Positions 39,908-50,074 are shown, counted from the stretch's first letter. The stretch: 64,000 nucleotides of DNA from an uncultured delta proteobacterium (GCA_963778655.1 CAVZVA010000005.1:160001-224000), one strand, 5' to 3'. Program-made: numbers and translations. Notes: a model not told the origin generated them from the sequence alone.

Positions 39908-42900
39908 CTAGGCCGCGGGCGGCTGCGAGTGAGTCGCCAGCCGGTCGGCCATCTCCTCCAGCCCCGGCACGAACAGCCGCGCGACGCGCCGCGGGTTGAG
40001 GATGCCGCGCTGGCCGAGCTGCTGCTCGGCCAGCTCGACCAACCGCCGGCCCTCTGCCGACTGCAGGATGTGTCCCTTGGCGCGCTGCGCGACTAGCACG
40101 GCCAGGGTCGGCTCCGGGCTGCCCGTGAGCACCTGCTCGAGCGCTTCCAGCGCGTCGGCCGCGTTGCCGCGCGCCATGGCCAAGCTCGCCTTGGTCAGCA
40201 GCACGTCCTGCCTGAAGCAGGGCAGGCCGATGCGCGAGGCCTCCTTCAAAGCCGACCGCGCGCGGTCCAGGAACGCGCGCCCGGTGTCGCCGCCGGCGCG
40301 CGCGATGATCGCCAGCCGCGCCCGCAGCAACAAGACCTGGACCCGCTGTAGGGGTGCGGCCGCCATCGGCGTGGTGAAGAATTCGTCGAGCAGGTAGTAC
40401 GAGGCGCGGCAGCCGTCCGCGTTGCCTCGGTAGAGCTGAATCAAGCCCCGCACCAGCTCGTAGGTCAGCAGGGTCAAGCTCGCCGGCGTGCTGCCCGCGG
40501 CTTCGAGCGCCGCGTCGAGCGTGGTGAGCGCGGCGTCGGCCTCATCGGACACCAGGAAGGCCGTGACCAGCGGCATGCGCAGCCGCGAGCTGCTGACGCG
40601 ATCGCCGCGGTCCTCGGCTTCGCGCACCCAATCCTTCAGCAGGTGGAGGTCTTCGAGCTGTCGTCGAATCAGCAGCAGCTGCGCCATGACCATGCGGCTG
40701 AGTCGCATCTCGAAGGCGCCGCCGCTGCAATGGTTGCGGTACAGGTCTTCGGCCTTCTGCAGCTCGTGCAGGGCCGGCTCCAGGCGGCCGTTCTCGTACA
40801 CCGACAGGCCCTTGGCGAACGCGATCACCGCGTGCGCTTCGACTTGATCGAGGCGCCGTGCCACCGCCTCGGCCACGTCCAGCGCGCCGGACGGCGATAG
40901 CCGCGACAGGCGGCTGAAGGGCACGTCGATGTGCACGTGATAGAACGCCAGACCGCGCACGATCCGCAGCGGCTCGCCCAGCTCGAGCGCATCGAAGACG
41001 TAGCGCGCCAGCAGCGGCAGCGGGCGATCGAGCTCGTGCAGCAACAGCCCGCGAGTGACGCCCCACAGCAGGTCGAGCCGACTCAGCTCGCGCTCGTCGC
41101 ATTGGGCCGCCGGGCGCTGGTCGAAAGCAAAGCCGCGCCCGCGCAGCTCGCGCCACATGTGCGCCACCTGCGAGAACGCCTCTTGCCGCGAGCCCGCCAG
41201 GCCCACGCCCAGCGCCGGTAAGGTCTTCTGCAGCAACGCGAGCCCGTCGTCGAGCTCGCCCGAGAGCAGCTGCTGCACGCCGGCCAGGGCGGTCAGGCGC
41301 GTGGCCTCCGCGGGGTCGTCGGCGGCGCGCGCGGCTTCGACGTAGGCGCGCGCCGCGGCCGGCCCGCGTCCGGCCGCCACCAGCGCGCCGGCCCAATGCC
41401 GCAACAGCTCGCGCCGCTGCCGCGCCTCCGGACAGTGCTCGGCTGCGATGCCGTACAGCCGCGCGGCCTTGTCGAAGGCCAGCGCCTTTTCCGCTTGGGT
41501 GGCCGCGCGCGCCGCATACAGGCTGGCGCGCTGGTGGTCGCCGGCGCCCAGCAGGTGCTCGGTCAGCGCCTCGAGGTCGCGCGCGCCGCTGGCCTCGAGC
41601 GCGGCCGCCAGGCGCCGGTGCCAGCTCGCCAGTAGCTCAGTGCTCATCGCGCCCGCCACCGCCTCGCGGATGGCGTCGTGGTAGACCTCGACCGCGCGCA
41701 GGCTGTGGCTCGACACCCCGCGCACCAGCTTGGCTCCGCGCAGCTCCGCCAGCGCGGTCGGCAGGTCGATGTTGAAGGAGGACACCAGCGCCAGGATCAC
41801 CTCGGGCACGGGCCGACCCGCGACGCTGAGCAGCTCGAGCAGCGTGCGGGCGTCGGTGGAGAGCGACGCCAGCCGCTGGTCCAGCACGCGCTCGAAGTTG
41901 ATCAGACCCTTGGCGGTTTCGGGCGATGCGCGGCCCGAGGCGCGGCGCTCTTCGACGTGGCGCACCAGCTGGGTCAGCACGTGGGGGTTGCCGCCCGATT
42001 CGAAGCCGATCTTGCGCGCGCCCTCCTCGCCGGTCTCCGGCCCGAGCAGCTCGCGAGCCAGCGTGAAGCTGTCCTCCGGGCTGAGCACGCCGATCGGCAG
42101 GTTGCGCACGTGAACGCCGCTGCCGGCCTGAACCTGCTCGAGCAGGGCCTTGAGCCCGGGGCTCTGCTCGCTGTCTCCGCTGCGGTAGGCGCAGATCAGC
42201 ATCAGCGCCGGGCGGTCGTTGCCGGTGACCAGCTCGCCGAGCAGCTTGGCGCTGTCGACGTCGCTCCACTGCAGGTCGTCGATATATATCACGAGCGGCT
42301 CGACGTCGGCGATGCGCCCGAACATCTCCTTGAGCGCGCGGAACGCGCGCTGGCGCAGCTCCTGGCGCTCGAGCGGCATCGCGCGCGTCCTGCGGTCGCG
42401 ACGTACCACGTCGACGCGTTTGAGCACCGGAAACAGCGTGGCCAGCGCCTCCAGATCGCGCGGCAACACGCGCGCGGCGTCGACCGCAGCCAGGCGGCGC
42501 AGGTAGCGGCTGAGCGAATCGATCACGTTGTCGAACGCCTTGAAGGGCACCGACTCGCGCTCGTAGCAGCGCCCCTGCAGCACAATCGCCTGCTCGGCGT
42601 CGGCGATCTCCTCGATGAAGCGGTGGACCAGCGAGCTCTTGCCGATGCCCGACGGCCCCTGCAGCAGCAGGACCACGGGCTGGCCGCCTTCGGTCACCGA
42701 GAGCGCTGCGTGCAGCTCGCGCAGCTGAGCCTCGCGGCCCACGAAGGTCGGGCGGCGCGCCTTGCTGGTCGTCTCCGCGGGCACGGGCAGCGAGGCCGCG
42801 CGCTTGGAGCGCAGCGCGCGCAGGATCGCCGCGCCGTCGGGACGTTTGCTCGGGTCGCGCTGCAGCAGCTGCATGCACAGGGCGTTCAGGTCGTCGGGCA

Positions 42901-43717
42901 CGCCCGAGACGACCTCGGCCGGCGGGACCGCATCGGCCTCCTGCTTGCGCGCGATCACCTGCATCGGGGTGCCGTCGAACGGCACGTCGCCGGTCAGCGC
43001 TTCGTACAGGATCACGCCGAGCGCGTACCAGTCGGTCGCCTCACTCACGCCCTGCCCGCGACACTGCTCCGGCGACATGTACGCCGGCGTGCCGATGATC
43101 GTGGCGAGCGTCTCGTGGATGTCCTTCTGGTGGTCGACGACGATGCCGAAGTCGAGCAGCACCGCGCGCCGCTGCGGTGTCACCAGCACGTTCTCGGGCT
43201 TCAGATCGCGGTGGAGCTTGCCCGCGGCGTGCACGGCTGACAGCCCCTCCACCACCTGAACCAGCACCGCTCGCAGCCGTTCCTCATTCTCGAGCGGCGT
43301 TGGAAACAGCATCTCGATGCCCTTGATCGGCGCGTCGAAGAGCGCGCCTTGGTCGGGCGGCAGCTCGGAGATCGCTTTGGGCGTCGAGTCGAAGGCGCGG
43401 CGCCGCCCGCCGTGCAGGTAGGAAAGCAGGTCCCTGCCTTCCACGTATTCCATCGTGAAGAACCACTGCTCGCCTTCCGAGAACAGCTCGTGCAAGGTCA
43501 CGAGGTTCGGGTGGGCGACGTCCGCAAGTGCGCGGAACTCCTTCTTGAAGCGGTAGATGCTGCTGGCGTCGACGCTGAGCAGCACCTTGAGTGCCACGCG
43601 GCTTTCGAGCTGGCGGTCGTACGCCAGATAGACCGCACCCATGCTGCCGGCGCCCAGGCGGCGCTCGAGCACGAAGCGCTCGGTCCCGGTGAAGCTGCCG
43701 TCGACGAAATGTGCCAC
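39908..43717 (-). CDS. Hanks-type Ser/Thr kinase fused to a P-loop (AAA_16/STAND-like) ATPase and helical C-terminus
   Basis: LGAGSMGAVY, VALK, HRDLKPEN, DFG, GTPAYMSPE; FVGRE, GPSGIGKS, IDDLQW, GGNP. Confidence 0.9.
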   Translation of the reverse strand: MAHFVDGSFTGTERFVLERRLGAGSMGAVYLAYDRQLESRVALKVLLSVDASSIYRFKKEFRALADVAHPNLVTLHELFSEGEQWFFTMEYVEGRDLLSYLHGGRRRAFDSTPKAISELPPDQGALFDAPIKGIEMLFPTPLENEERLRAVLVQVVEGLSAVHAAGKLHRDLKPENVLVTPQRRAVLLDFGIVVDHQKDIHETLATIIGTPAYMSPEQCRGQGVSEATDWYALGVILYEALTGDVPFDGTPMQVIARKQEADAVPPAEVVSGVPDDLNALCMQLLQRDPSKRPDGAAILRALRSKRAASLPVPAETTSKARRPTFVGREAQLRELHAALSVTEGGQPVVLLLQGPSGIGKSSLVHRFIEEIADAEQAIVLQGRCYERESVPFKAFDNVIDSLSRYLRRLAAVDAARVLPRDLEALATLFPVLKRVDVVRRDRRTRAMPLERQELRQRAFRALKEMFGRIADVEPLVIYIDDLQWSDVDSAKLLGELVTGNDRPALMLICAYRSGDSEQSPGLKALLEQVQAGSGVHVRNLPIGVLSPEDSFTLARELLGPETGEEGARKIGFESGGNPHVLTQLVRHVEERRASGRASPETAKGLINFERVLDQRLASLSTDARTLLELLSVAGRPVPEVILALVSSFNIDLPTALAELRGAKLVRGVSSHSLRAVEVYHDAIREAVAGAMSTELLASWHRRLAAALEASGARDLEALTEHLLGAGDHQRASLYAARAATQAEKALAFDKAARLYGIAAEHCPEARQRRELLRHWAGALVAAGRGPAAARAYVEAARAADDPAEATRLTALAGVQQLLSGELDDGLALLQKTLPALGVGLAGSRQEAFSQVAHMWRELRGRGFAFDQRPAAQCDERELSRLDLLWGVTRGLLLHELDRPLPLLARYVFDALELGEPLRIVRGLAFYHVHIDVPFSRLSRLSPSGALDVAEAVARRLDQVEAHAVIAFAKGLSVYENGRLEPALHELQKAEDLYRNHCSGGAFEMRLSRMVMAQLLLIRRQLEDLHLLKDWVREAEDRGDRVSSSRLRMPLVTAFLVSDEADAALTTLDAALEAAGSTPASLTLLTYELVRGLIQLYRGNADGCRASYYLLDEFFTTPMAAAPLQRVQVLLLRARLAIIARAGGDTGRAFLDRARSALKEASRIGLPCFRQDVLLTKASLAMARGNAADALEALEQVLTGSPEPTLAVLVAQRAKGHILQSAEGRRLVELAEQQLGQRGILNPRRVARLFVPGLEEMADRLATHSQPPAA

Positions 43718-43870
43718 GCGCGCAATCACCACTGTACCAAGCGCTCGCGCGCGACGCAGCAGGAGTGCCTCGAAGCTCGCGCAACCCGGTGTGTGGATGT
43801 GGCCGCGGGGCACCACGCGCGCCGGTTTCATGATATGCGAGAGCGGTGGGCGAGGACCGCGGAGGACGAT

Positions 43871-45394
43871 GTGAGCACACGAGCACGAACGCACGACGGA
43901 ATCTATGAAGGTGAGCAGCGCGAGGGACACCTCGCCTTTCTGGGCATTCCGTTCGCCAAGCCGCCGGTCGGGGCGCTGCGCTTCGCGCCGCCTGAGGCGC
44001 CGGAGCCCTTCGACGGGGTGCGCGCCGCGCGCGCGTTCGGGCCCTCCGCGCTGCAGGCGGCCTCCGCGGTGCCCGGAATGAACGCCGAGGGACCGCAAAG
44101 CGAGGACTGTCTCTATCTGAACGTCTACACGCCCGCGCTCGATGGCGCGCGGCGTCCGGTGCTGTTCTGGATCCACGGCGGCGCGTTCACGATGGGCTCG
44201 GGCTCCTCGCCGATCTACGACGGCGCACGGCTGTGCCGTCGCGGCGACGTGGTTGTGGTGACGATCAACTATCGGTTGGGGCCGCTCGGCTACCTGCACC
44301 TCGGCGGGCATGGCGGGCAGCGCTTCGGCGCGACCGCAAACGCCGGCCAGCTCGACCAGATCGCGGCTCTGCGTTGGGTACGGGACAACATCGCGGAGCT
44401 CGGCGGCGATCCCGACAATGTCACCATCTTCGGCGAGTCGGCCGGTTCGATGGCGGTGTGCACGCTGCTGGTGATGCCGGCGGCGCGCGGCCTGTTTAGC
44501 CGCGCCATTGCCCAGAGCGGCGCCTCGCTCAAGCTCCCCACCCCCGAGCAGGCCGCGGTCACGGCCCAGGCGCTACTCTCCGAGCTCGGCCTTTCGGCGG
44601 GTGAGGCCGAGCGGCTGCGCGAGCTTCCGGCCGAACGCATCGTGAAGGCCCAGGAGGGCGTGGCGCGTGCGACCGGCCAGGCGCTCGGCTTTGCGCCGAC
44701 GCTCGATCCCGCCACCATTCCGCTGCAGCCGCGTGCGGCGATTGAGCGCGGCGAGGCCGCTGGCGTGCCGCTGCTGATCGGCACCAACCGCGATGAGCTG
44801 AACCTGTTCACCATGCCCATGCTGCGCGAGCTCGACAAGCCGATGAACGTCGAGCGCGCGGCCTCGGTCTTGGCCAAGGACCTGCCGCGCGCGGATCCCG
44901 CGCGTATCTCCGGTCTGCTCGAGGTCTATCGCCGCTCGCGCGAGGCGCGCGGCCTGCCCCACGGCAACCGCGCGCTGCTGGGCGCGGTGCAGACCGACTA
45001 TCGCTTCCGCATGCCGAGCATCGGCTACGCCGAGGCCTACCGCGCGCGACAGCCGAGCACGTTCATGTACCTGTTCAGTTATGAATCGCCGGCGATGCGC
45101 GGCGCGTTGCGCGCTTGCCACGCGCTCGAGATCCCGTTCGTGTTCGGCACGCTGGATGCGCCGTTCCAGGACCGCTTCGCGGGCAAGGGGCCGCAGGTCG
45201 AGGCGTTGAGCGAGTCGATGATGGACGCCTGGCTGTCGTTCGCGCGCAACGGCAAGCCCGGCCACCCGGCGCTGGGCGACTGGGTGCCCTACGACACCGA
45301 GCGCCGCGCGACCATGGTGTTCGACCAGCGCAGCGCGCTGCAGGACGCGCCCTTCGAAGAAGAGCGCGCCGCCTGGGACGGCCTGCTCGAGTGA
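43871..45394 (+). CDS. Type-B carboxylesterase (PnbA-like)
   Basis: FLGIPFAKPPVG, SEDCLYLNV, WIHGG, FGESAG, HALEIPFVFG; GGAGGA RBS. Confidence 0.93.
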   Translation: MSTRARTHDGIYEGEQREGHLAFLGIPFAKPPVGALRFAPPEAPEPFDGVRAARAFGPSALQAASAVPGMNAEGPQSEDCLYLNVYTPALDGARRPVLFWIHGGAFTMGSGSSPIYDGARLCRRGDVVVVTINYRLGPLGYLHLGGHGGQRFGATANAGQLDQIAALRWVRDNIAELGGDPDNVTIFGESAGSMAVCTLLVMPAARGLFSRAIAQSGASLKLPTPEQAAVTAQALLSELGLSAGEAERLRELPAERIVKAQEGVARATGQALGFAPTLDPATIPLQPRAAIERGEAAGVPLLIGTNRDELNLFTMPMLRELDKPMNVERAASVLAKDLPRADPARISGLLEVYRRSREARGLPHGNRALLGAVQTDYRFRMPSIGYAEAYRARQPSTFMYLFSYESPAMRGALRACHALEIPFVFGTLDAPFQDRFAGKGPQVEALSESMMDAWLSFARNGKPGHPALGDWVPYDTERRATMVFDQRSALQDAPFEEERAAWDGLLE

Positions 45395-45403
45395 GGGGAC
45401 GCC

Positions 45404-45439
45404 GAAGAATCGATTCTTCCCGCCTTGCCGTCTCCCTGT
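45404..45439 (-). repeat. REP-like 8-mer repeat abutting a 16-bp palindrome between convergent genes
   Basis: CTTCCCGC CTTGCCGT CTCCCTGT (45416-45439); GAAGAATCGATTCTTC (45404-45419). Confidence 0.7.
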
Positions 45440-45447
45440 TTCTCCCC

Positions 45448-46170
45448 TCACCCCTTCACGCGGATCGCCACCACCAGCTTGGCCAGGTTCTTGAGCACGT
45501 TGGGCACGCGCCGCGCCAGGTGGACCGAGGGCTCGCGCTTCTCTTTGACGCGCACCGGAATCTCCCGGATCGCCACGCCCTCGCGCTCGGCGCGGATCAC
45601 CAGCTCGCTCGCGAACAGGTCCCGGTCCACCACGCAGCGCTCGGCGATCGGGCGCAGCACGCGGGTGCGGCCCGCTTTCAGCCCGTGGGTGTCGGTGCCC
45701 TTGAAGCCGAGCGCGAGGCGCAGCATGCCGTTGATGACGATGCTGCCGAGATGGCGCGTGAGCGGCCGCTCGTCGCTCGCGCCGTCGGCGAGCTTGGAGC
45801 CGATCACCAGGTCGGCGTCGCCGCGCTCGAGGATCTGCAGCGCGCGCACGTAGAAGTCCGTGTCGCACAGGTCGATCTCGTCGCAAAACACGTACTCGCC
45901 GCGCGCCTGCAGGATGCCCTGGCGTAGCGCCTTGCCGTAGTTGCCCTGCCCCGGCTGTCCGACCGAGAAGTACGAGAGTTGGGGAAAGCGCGCCGCCAAC
46001 TCGTCGCAGATCTCGACCGTGCGGTCGCGCGAGCCGTTTTCGGCCAGCACCAGCTCGTAGCTGAAGCTCAGGCGCGCGAGCCGGTCCACCAGGTCGACCA
46101 CGGACGAAGGCAGGATGCCTTCCTCGTTGTAGATGGGGATGACGATGGTGACCTTGGGGGCGTCGCTCAC
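45448..46170 (-). CDS. GT2 glycosyltransferase (polyprenol-phosphate glycosyltransferase-like)
   Basis: IVIPIYNEE, ENGSRDRT, YGKALRQG, DLVIGSK, TDTHGLK. Confidence 0.88.
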   Translation of the reverse strand: MSDAPKVTIVIPIYNEEGILPSSVVDLVDRLARLSFSYELVLAENGSRDRTVEICDELAARFPQLSYFSVGQPGQGNYGKALRQGILQARGEYVFCDEIDLCDTDFYVRALQILERGDADLVIGSKLADGASDERPLTRHLGSIVINGMLRLALGFKGTDTHGLKAGRTRVLRPIAERCVVDRDLFASELVIRAEREGVAIREIPVRVKEKREPSVHLARRVPNVLKNLAKLVVAIRVKG

Positions 46171-46311
46171 GGCTGGTCCTGCGAGTGCTCCGAGGGCTGG
46201 GTTTCGATCTCGGATCGTGTCCGAGCGGGCGTCGGACGCTGCGGACACGGTCCACCCACGGCGGCAGTGACGGCGGCGTGGCCGGGACTGTTGCCGAGGC
46301 TCACTCCAGCG

Positions 46312-47439
46312 TCAACCGGAGGCTGCAGATGAAGCGCGAGCCGCGTCCCCCGGCGTCGGGTCCGGCGCGCAGGCCGCCATCACCAGCGCGTGAGCCTGCT
46401 GCAGCTCCAAAGGCAGCGCGCCGGCCGCCGCGGGAATTGCCGCCGTGCAGCCGGCGGCGAGCGAGAGCCGCTCCGCTCCTTTGCCCAGCACCACCCGCCC
46501 TTCCACAACGCTCAGCGCGCGCAGCGCGTTCCAGCCGGGCAGGCGCGTGACGCCGTTGCCGCACACGCGCGCGATGCGTAGCCCGCTCGAGCGCAGCTTG
46601 GCCTCGCCCGCTTCGGGCCCGCACAGCAGCTCGCAGCCGGCCGCCTGCCCGGGTGCCGGCCACCCGTACGCGGCGCGGCGCGATGCGAGCCAGCTCGGGT
46701 CCGCCGCGCGCTCCCAGCGCGTCACCGCGAGCGCGTCGCCTGCGTGCAGCGCACGCGGCGAGCCGTCGGCCGAGGGCTTGCCGCTCGGGTCGTAGCGCCG
46801 CCGCCAGTCCCAGTAGCGGTAGGTGACCCCGCGGCGCCCGGGCGCGACCACCTGCGGCTCGATCAGCGTTACCCCGCGCCCGACCGCGTGCGGAGTGCCC
46901 GGCTCCAGCAGCACCAGATCGCCGCGCTGCACCGGCACGAACGCCATCAGCGCGGCGAGGTCTGCCTCGGCTGCGAGCGCCGCGCGTACCTCCCGCTCTC
47001 CGACCCCGGAGCGAAAGCCGAGATAGAAGCCGGCGCCGGGCTGGTGCGCAACCACGTACCACGCCTCGAGCTTGCCCGCGTCGCCCGCGGCCAGCCCAGC
47101 GTAGCTGTCCTCGGGGTGGATCTGCAGCGAGAGGTCGTCGGCGGCGTCCAGCCACTTGACCAGCAGCGCGCTGCGACCGTCCGTGCGCGGTGGCTCGTCG
47201 CCCAGCCACGCCCGTGGGCTGCGCGCCAGCACCGCGGTCAACGCCTCCCCCTGCTCGGTGAAGCTGGGAAATTCGTCCGAGGTCGACAGCTCCCAGGATT
47301 CGCCCACCTTTGTCTCGGGCGCCACCGAAGCGATGCCGAGCCGCGCCTTGAAGCAGCCGAGCAGCTGGTTGCCACCCCACGGCGTGCGCGAGGGCGGCGT
47401 GAAGTTGTCTGGCTTCAGGGCAATCGGGCTCGGGCACAC
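46312..47439 (-). CDS. Class I mannose-6-phosphate isomerase-like cupin protein
   Basis: PWGG, GESWE, LLVKWLDA.DDLSLQIHP, GKLEAW, PGTPHAVG, TYRYWDW. Confidence 0.85.
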   Translation of the reverse strand: MCPSPIALKPDNFTPPSRTPWGGNQLLGCFKARLGIASVAPETKVGESWELSTSDEFPSFTEQGEALTAVLARSPRAWLGDEPPRTDGRSALLVKWLDAADDLSLQIHPEDSYAGLAAGDAGKLEAWYVVAHQPGAGFYLGFRSGVGEREVRAALAAEADLAALMAFVPVQRGDLVLLEPGTPHAVGRGVTLIEPQVVAPGRRGVTYRYWDWRRRYDPSGKPSADGSPRALHAGDALAVTRWERAADPSWLASRRAAYGWPAPGQAAGCELLCGPEAGEAKLRSSGLRIARVCGNGVTRLPGWNALRALSVVEGRVVLGKGAERLSLAAGCTAAIPAAAGALPLELQQAHALVMAACAPDPTPGDAARASSAASG

Positions 47440-47526
47440 GGCACACCTGCGGGGAGTCAAAAATTTGGAGCCCTGTGGACCGCGCGTAGACTGGGCTCGG
47501 ACGCTTGCGAGCGAGGAGGCCGATCC

Positions 47527-47844
47527 ATGGGGTACACCGGACCAGACCGACGCATCCACAGGGTCTTCGTCACCCGCAACACAGAATACCACGTGCGCAA
47601 GGACACCTGTGTGGGCGTGCGAAACCGCGAGAATGGCGAGTGGCTGCGCAGGCATTTCGCGCTCAACCTGCCGGTCGCGGGGGCGATTCGCTTCTTCGAG
47701 AGCGGCGCGATGACCGCCAATCCGGGCCTGCCCCAGATCGGCGAGTCGATCTACTTCGAGACCCTGGGCCACGACTTGGTGACCAGCTCCGTGGTGTCGG
47801 TTGAGCGACCCCGCGCCGATGTGATCTCCCAGTACGGCGAATAG
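47527..47844 (+). CDS. Small hypothetical protein
   Basis: GAGGAGG RBS, GC3-rich codons, HRVFVTRNTEYH. Confidence 0.7.
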   Translation: MGYTGPDRRIHRVFVTRNTEYHVRKDTCVGVRNRENGEWLRRHFALNLPVAGAIRFFESGAMTANPGLPQIGESIYFETLGHDLVTSSVVSVERPRADVISQYGE

Positions 47845-47945
47845 GGTAGAGCGTGCCCTGGGCGGGCCGCGGGCGGCCACCGTGTCGCGCCATCCGGGCC
47901 GACCCGCGTCGCCGAACGCCCGCAGGAATGGTATACGGCGGCCTC

Positions 47946-48338
47946 ATGTCCGAGCGGATCGTGCGAGTCGTAGCCGCCGTCGTGGAATCGGGCGGCAAGT
48001 ACCTGATCACGCAGCGTCGGGCCACGGCCGTGCTGCCGAATCTGTGGGAGTTTCCCGGCGGACGCGTCGAGCCCGACGAGCGCGACGAGGACGCGCTGCG
48101 GCGTGAGATCCGCGAGCGGCTCGATGCCGACGTACGCGTGCTGCAGATGATCTCGTTCGTGCGCCACCCCTACGAGCGCTACACCGTCGACCTGCACCTG
48201 TACCAGTGCGAGCTGCTCAGCGACGTGCGCGTGTGCGCGGTGCAGGACTTTCGCTGGATCCGCTCCGACGAGTTCGACGATTTCGAGTTCACGCCCGCCG
48301 ACGAAGCCTCGATGACCAAGCTGCTCGAAGAGCGCTAG
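47946..48338 (+). CDS. MutT/NudG-like Nudix hydrolase
   Basis: VVAAVV, LWEFPGGRVE, REIRE, FTPAD. Confidence 0.85.
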   Translation: MSERIVRVVAAVVESGGKYLITQRRATAVLPNLWEFPGGRVEPDERDEDALRREIRERLDADVRVLQMISFVRHPYERYTVDLHLYQCELLSDVRVCAVQDFRWIRSDEFDDFEFTPADEASMTKLLEER

Positions 48339-48371
48339 CGCGCCCGCGGCAACGCTCTTGCTGGAGGATCA

Positions 48372-48395
48372 ACAGGAAGGCGGCAAGTCGGGAAG
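48372..48395 (+). repeat. REP-like 8-mer repeat, single arm between convergent genes
   Basis: ACAGGAAG GCGGCAAG TCGGGAAG. Confidence 0.8.
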
Positions 48396-48411
48396 GATGG
48401 GGCTCTCACCC

Positions 48412-48945
48412 CTACGCCGGGGCCACGGCGTGGGTGAGCGCGAGCACCTGCAGCAGCAATGCCTGCATCACCTGTCCAAGGTCGCCGGCCTCTTCGGGGG
48501 CGAGCTCGATCTCGCAGCCCAACAGACCCATCACCGCCGGTTGGCCGATCGCGATCACATCCTCGCTGTAGCTGCCGGCCTGACAGGTCTGACCGCGCAC
48601 TTCGCCGTCGGCGACCAAGCTCTCGAGCGCTGCATCTAGGTCGTGCTGGCTCAGCCTGCCCAGGCGGGGGCCGAACGACTCGCGGAACGCGAGGAACACG
48701 GCCAGCGAGAGGAAGTAGCACAGCGCCTGTGCCGCCTGCTGGTCCAGGCTGGTGAGCTCGCTGGCCAGAAACGCCGCCAGCGCGGGCTGATCGCGCTCCA
48801 GCACGCGGAACGCCGCGTCCATGCGCTGCTGGGCCGCCGGCTCGCCGCTGAGACTGCGCACCACGCCGGCCAGCACCTCTTCGGGGACCCGCGCGTAGGC
48901 CGGCATCGTCGCCAGTGCGCCCGGCTGCAGCCACTGGCCGTTCAC
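48412..48945 (-). CDS. Hypothetical protein; start uncertain
   Basis: Plausible helical protein, GC3-rich frame, fills the gap between neighbours. Confidence 0.6.
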   Translation of the reverse strand: MNGQWLQPGALATMPAYARVPEEVLAGVVRSLSGEPAAQQRMDAAFRVLERDQPALAAFLASELTSLDQQAAQALCYFLSLAVFLAFRESFGPRLGRLSQHDLDAALESLVADGEVRGQTCQAGSYSEDVIAIGQPAVMGLLGCEIELAPEEAGDLGQVMQALLLQVLALTHAVAPA

Positions 48946-49081
48946 GCTGCCTCCGCGGGCAGCCCGGCGCGCGTGCGGGTGCTCATCGCGGCCCACGATA
49001 CGGCGGCTCGAGGCCGGCGTCAGCTTTCCGCGGCACGCCGGCCGGTCCGCCCCCCCGTGCGAGGCCGCGCGCCGCCTGCGC

Positions 49082-50074
49082 TTACTCGTCGTAGAACAGC
49101 GGTGGTCGCTTGCGGATGAAGCGCAGGATCAGCTCGCGCGCCTCTTCGTCGAGACGGTCGAAACGCACGCCCATGCCGGGCTCGGAATCCATGTCCATCG
49201 GATCGCGCACGAAGCGCACCGTGCCCGGAATCGATTTCTGGAAGCCGCCCGGCAAGGTGACGAACAGGTCGATCGGCGTGCCGACCGGCAGGCTGAGGTA
49301 GGTCGCGACGAACACGCCGCCCTCGGCCACGTCTCCGGAGAAGCCGACGAAGAAATTCGATTCGGTGGTGGCTCCGATGTTGGCCTCCAGCGCTTCCCGG
49401 GGTCCGCTCGGCGTGCTGGGCACGGGCGCGGCTACGGCGGGTGCCGGGGCTGCGGCAGGCGGGGCGGCGGGAGCCGGAGCGGCAGGTGCAGGCGCCGCGG
49501 CGGGGACCGGCGTGGCGGCCCGCGGTGCTGCGGCGGGCGCCGGCGCTGCCGGCCGCGGTGCTGCGGCGGGCGCCGGCGCTGCCGCAGCCGCGGGGGAAGA
49601 AGGCACCGGGCGCGCCGGCGCAGGGGGGGCGGACGCGGCGGCGGGCGCCTTCGAACGCGTTGCGGCTTCCTTGGGCAGGCCCGCTGGTCCCGGGATCGAG
49701 GGCGTGCGCTGCAGGCCCAGCTGACCGGGCGGTCGCGACGGGCGAATCGTCGGCGCTTGCGCCAGCGGATACAGCTTGCTCATCACCTCGGCCAGGGTGC
49801 GGGTGGCGTTGCCGATGCCCGCGTGGCGCGTGCTCACGTCCTGCAGCAACGCCATGGTCTGGCTGAGCGACCCCATCGCATGCCGAACGCTGGCCTTGCC
49901 ATCGACGTCCGAGGACGCGCGCTCGGCTTCGAACAGCGCGCCCACGGCGTGCGCGATGTTTTCCGCGACGCTGAGCACGTCCTGGGGCACGTTGGGATCC
50001 TGCTGCAGCGTCTCGAGCACCGTGCCCAGCAACTGACGACTTTGGGCTGCGGTTGCCGCCCCGATGTAGGTCAT
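49082..50074 (-). CDS. Helical N-domain + Pro/Ala linker + TIGR02266-like PilZ domain
   Basis: TESNFFVGFSGDVAEGGVFVAT, GTVRFVR, PGMGVRF, FIRKRPPLFYDE. Confidence 0.8.
   Translation of the reverse strand: MTYIGAATAAQSRQLLGTVLETLQQDPNVPQDVLSVAENIAHAVGALFEAERASSDVDGKASVRHAMGSLSQTMALLQDVSTRHAGIGNATRTLAEVMSKLYPLAQAPTIRPSRPPGQLGLQRTPSIPGPAGLPKEAATRSKAPAAASAPPAPARPVPSSPAAAAAPAPAAAPRPAAPAPAAAPRAATPVPAAAPAPAAPAPAAPPAAAPAPAVAAPVPSTPSGPREALEANIGATTESNFFVGFSGDVAEGGVFVATYLSLPVGTPIDLFVTLPGGFQKSIPGTVRFVRDPMDMDSEPGMGVRFDRLDEEARELILRFIRKRPPLFYDE

Noticed and set aside
49520..49585. Direct repeat of about 33 bp (GGCCGCGGTGCTGCGGCGGGCGCCGGCGCTGCC-like)
   Set aside because: Coding duplication in the Pro/Ala linker, not an att site or element end
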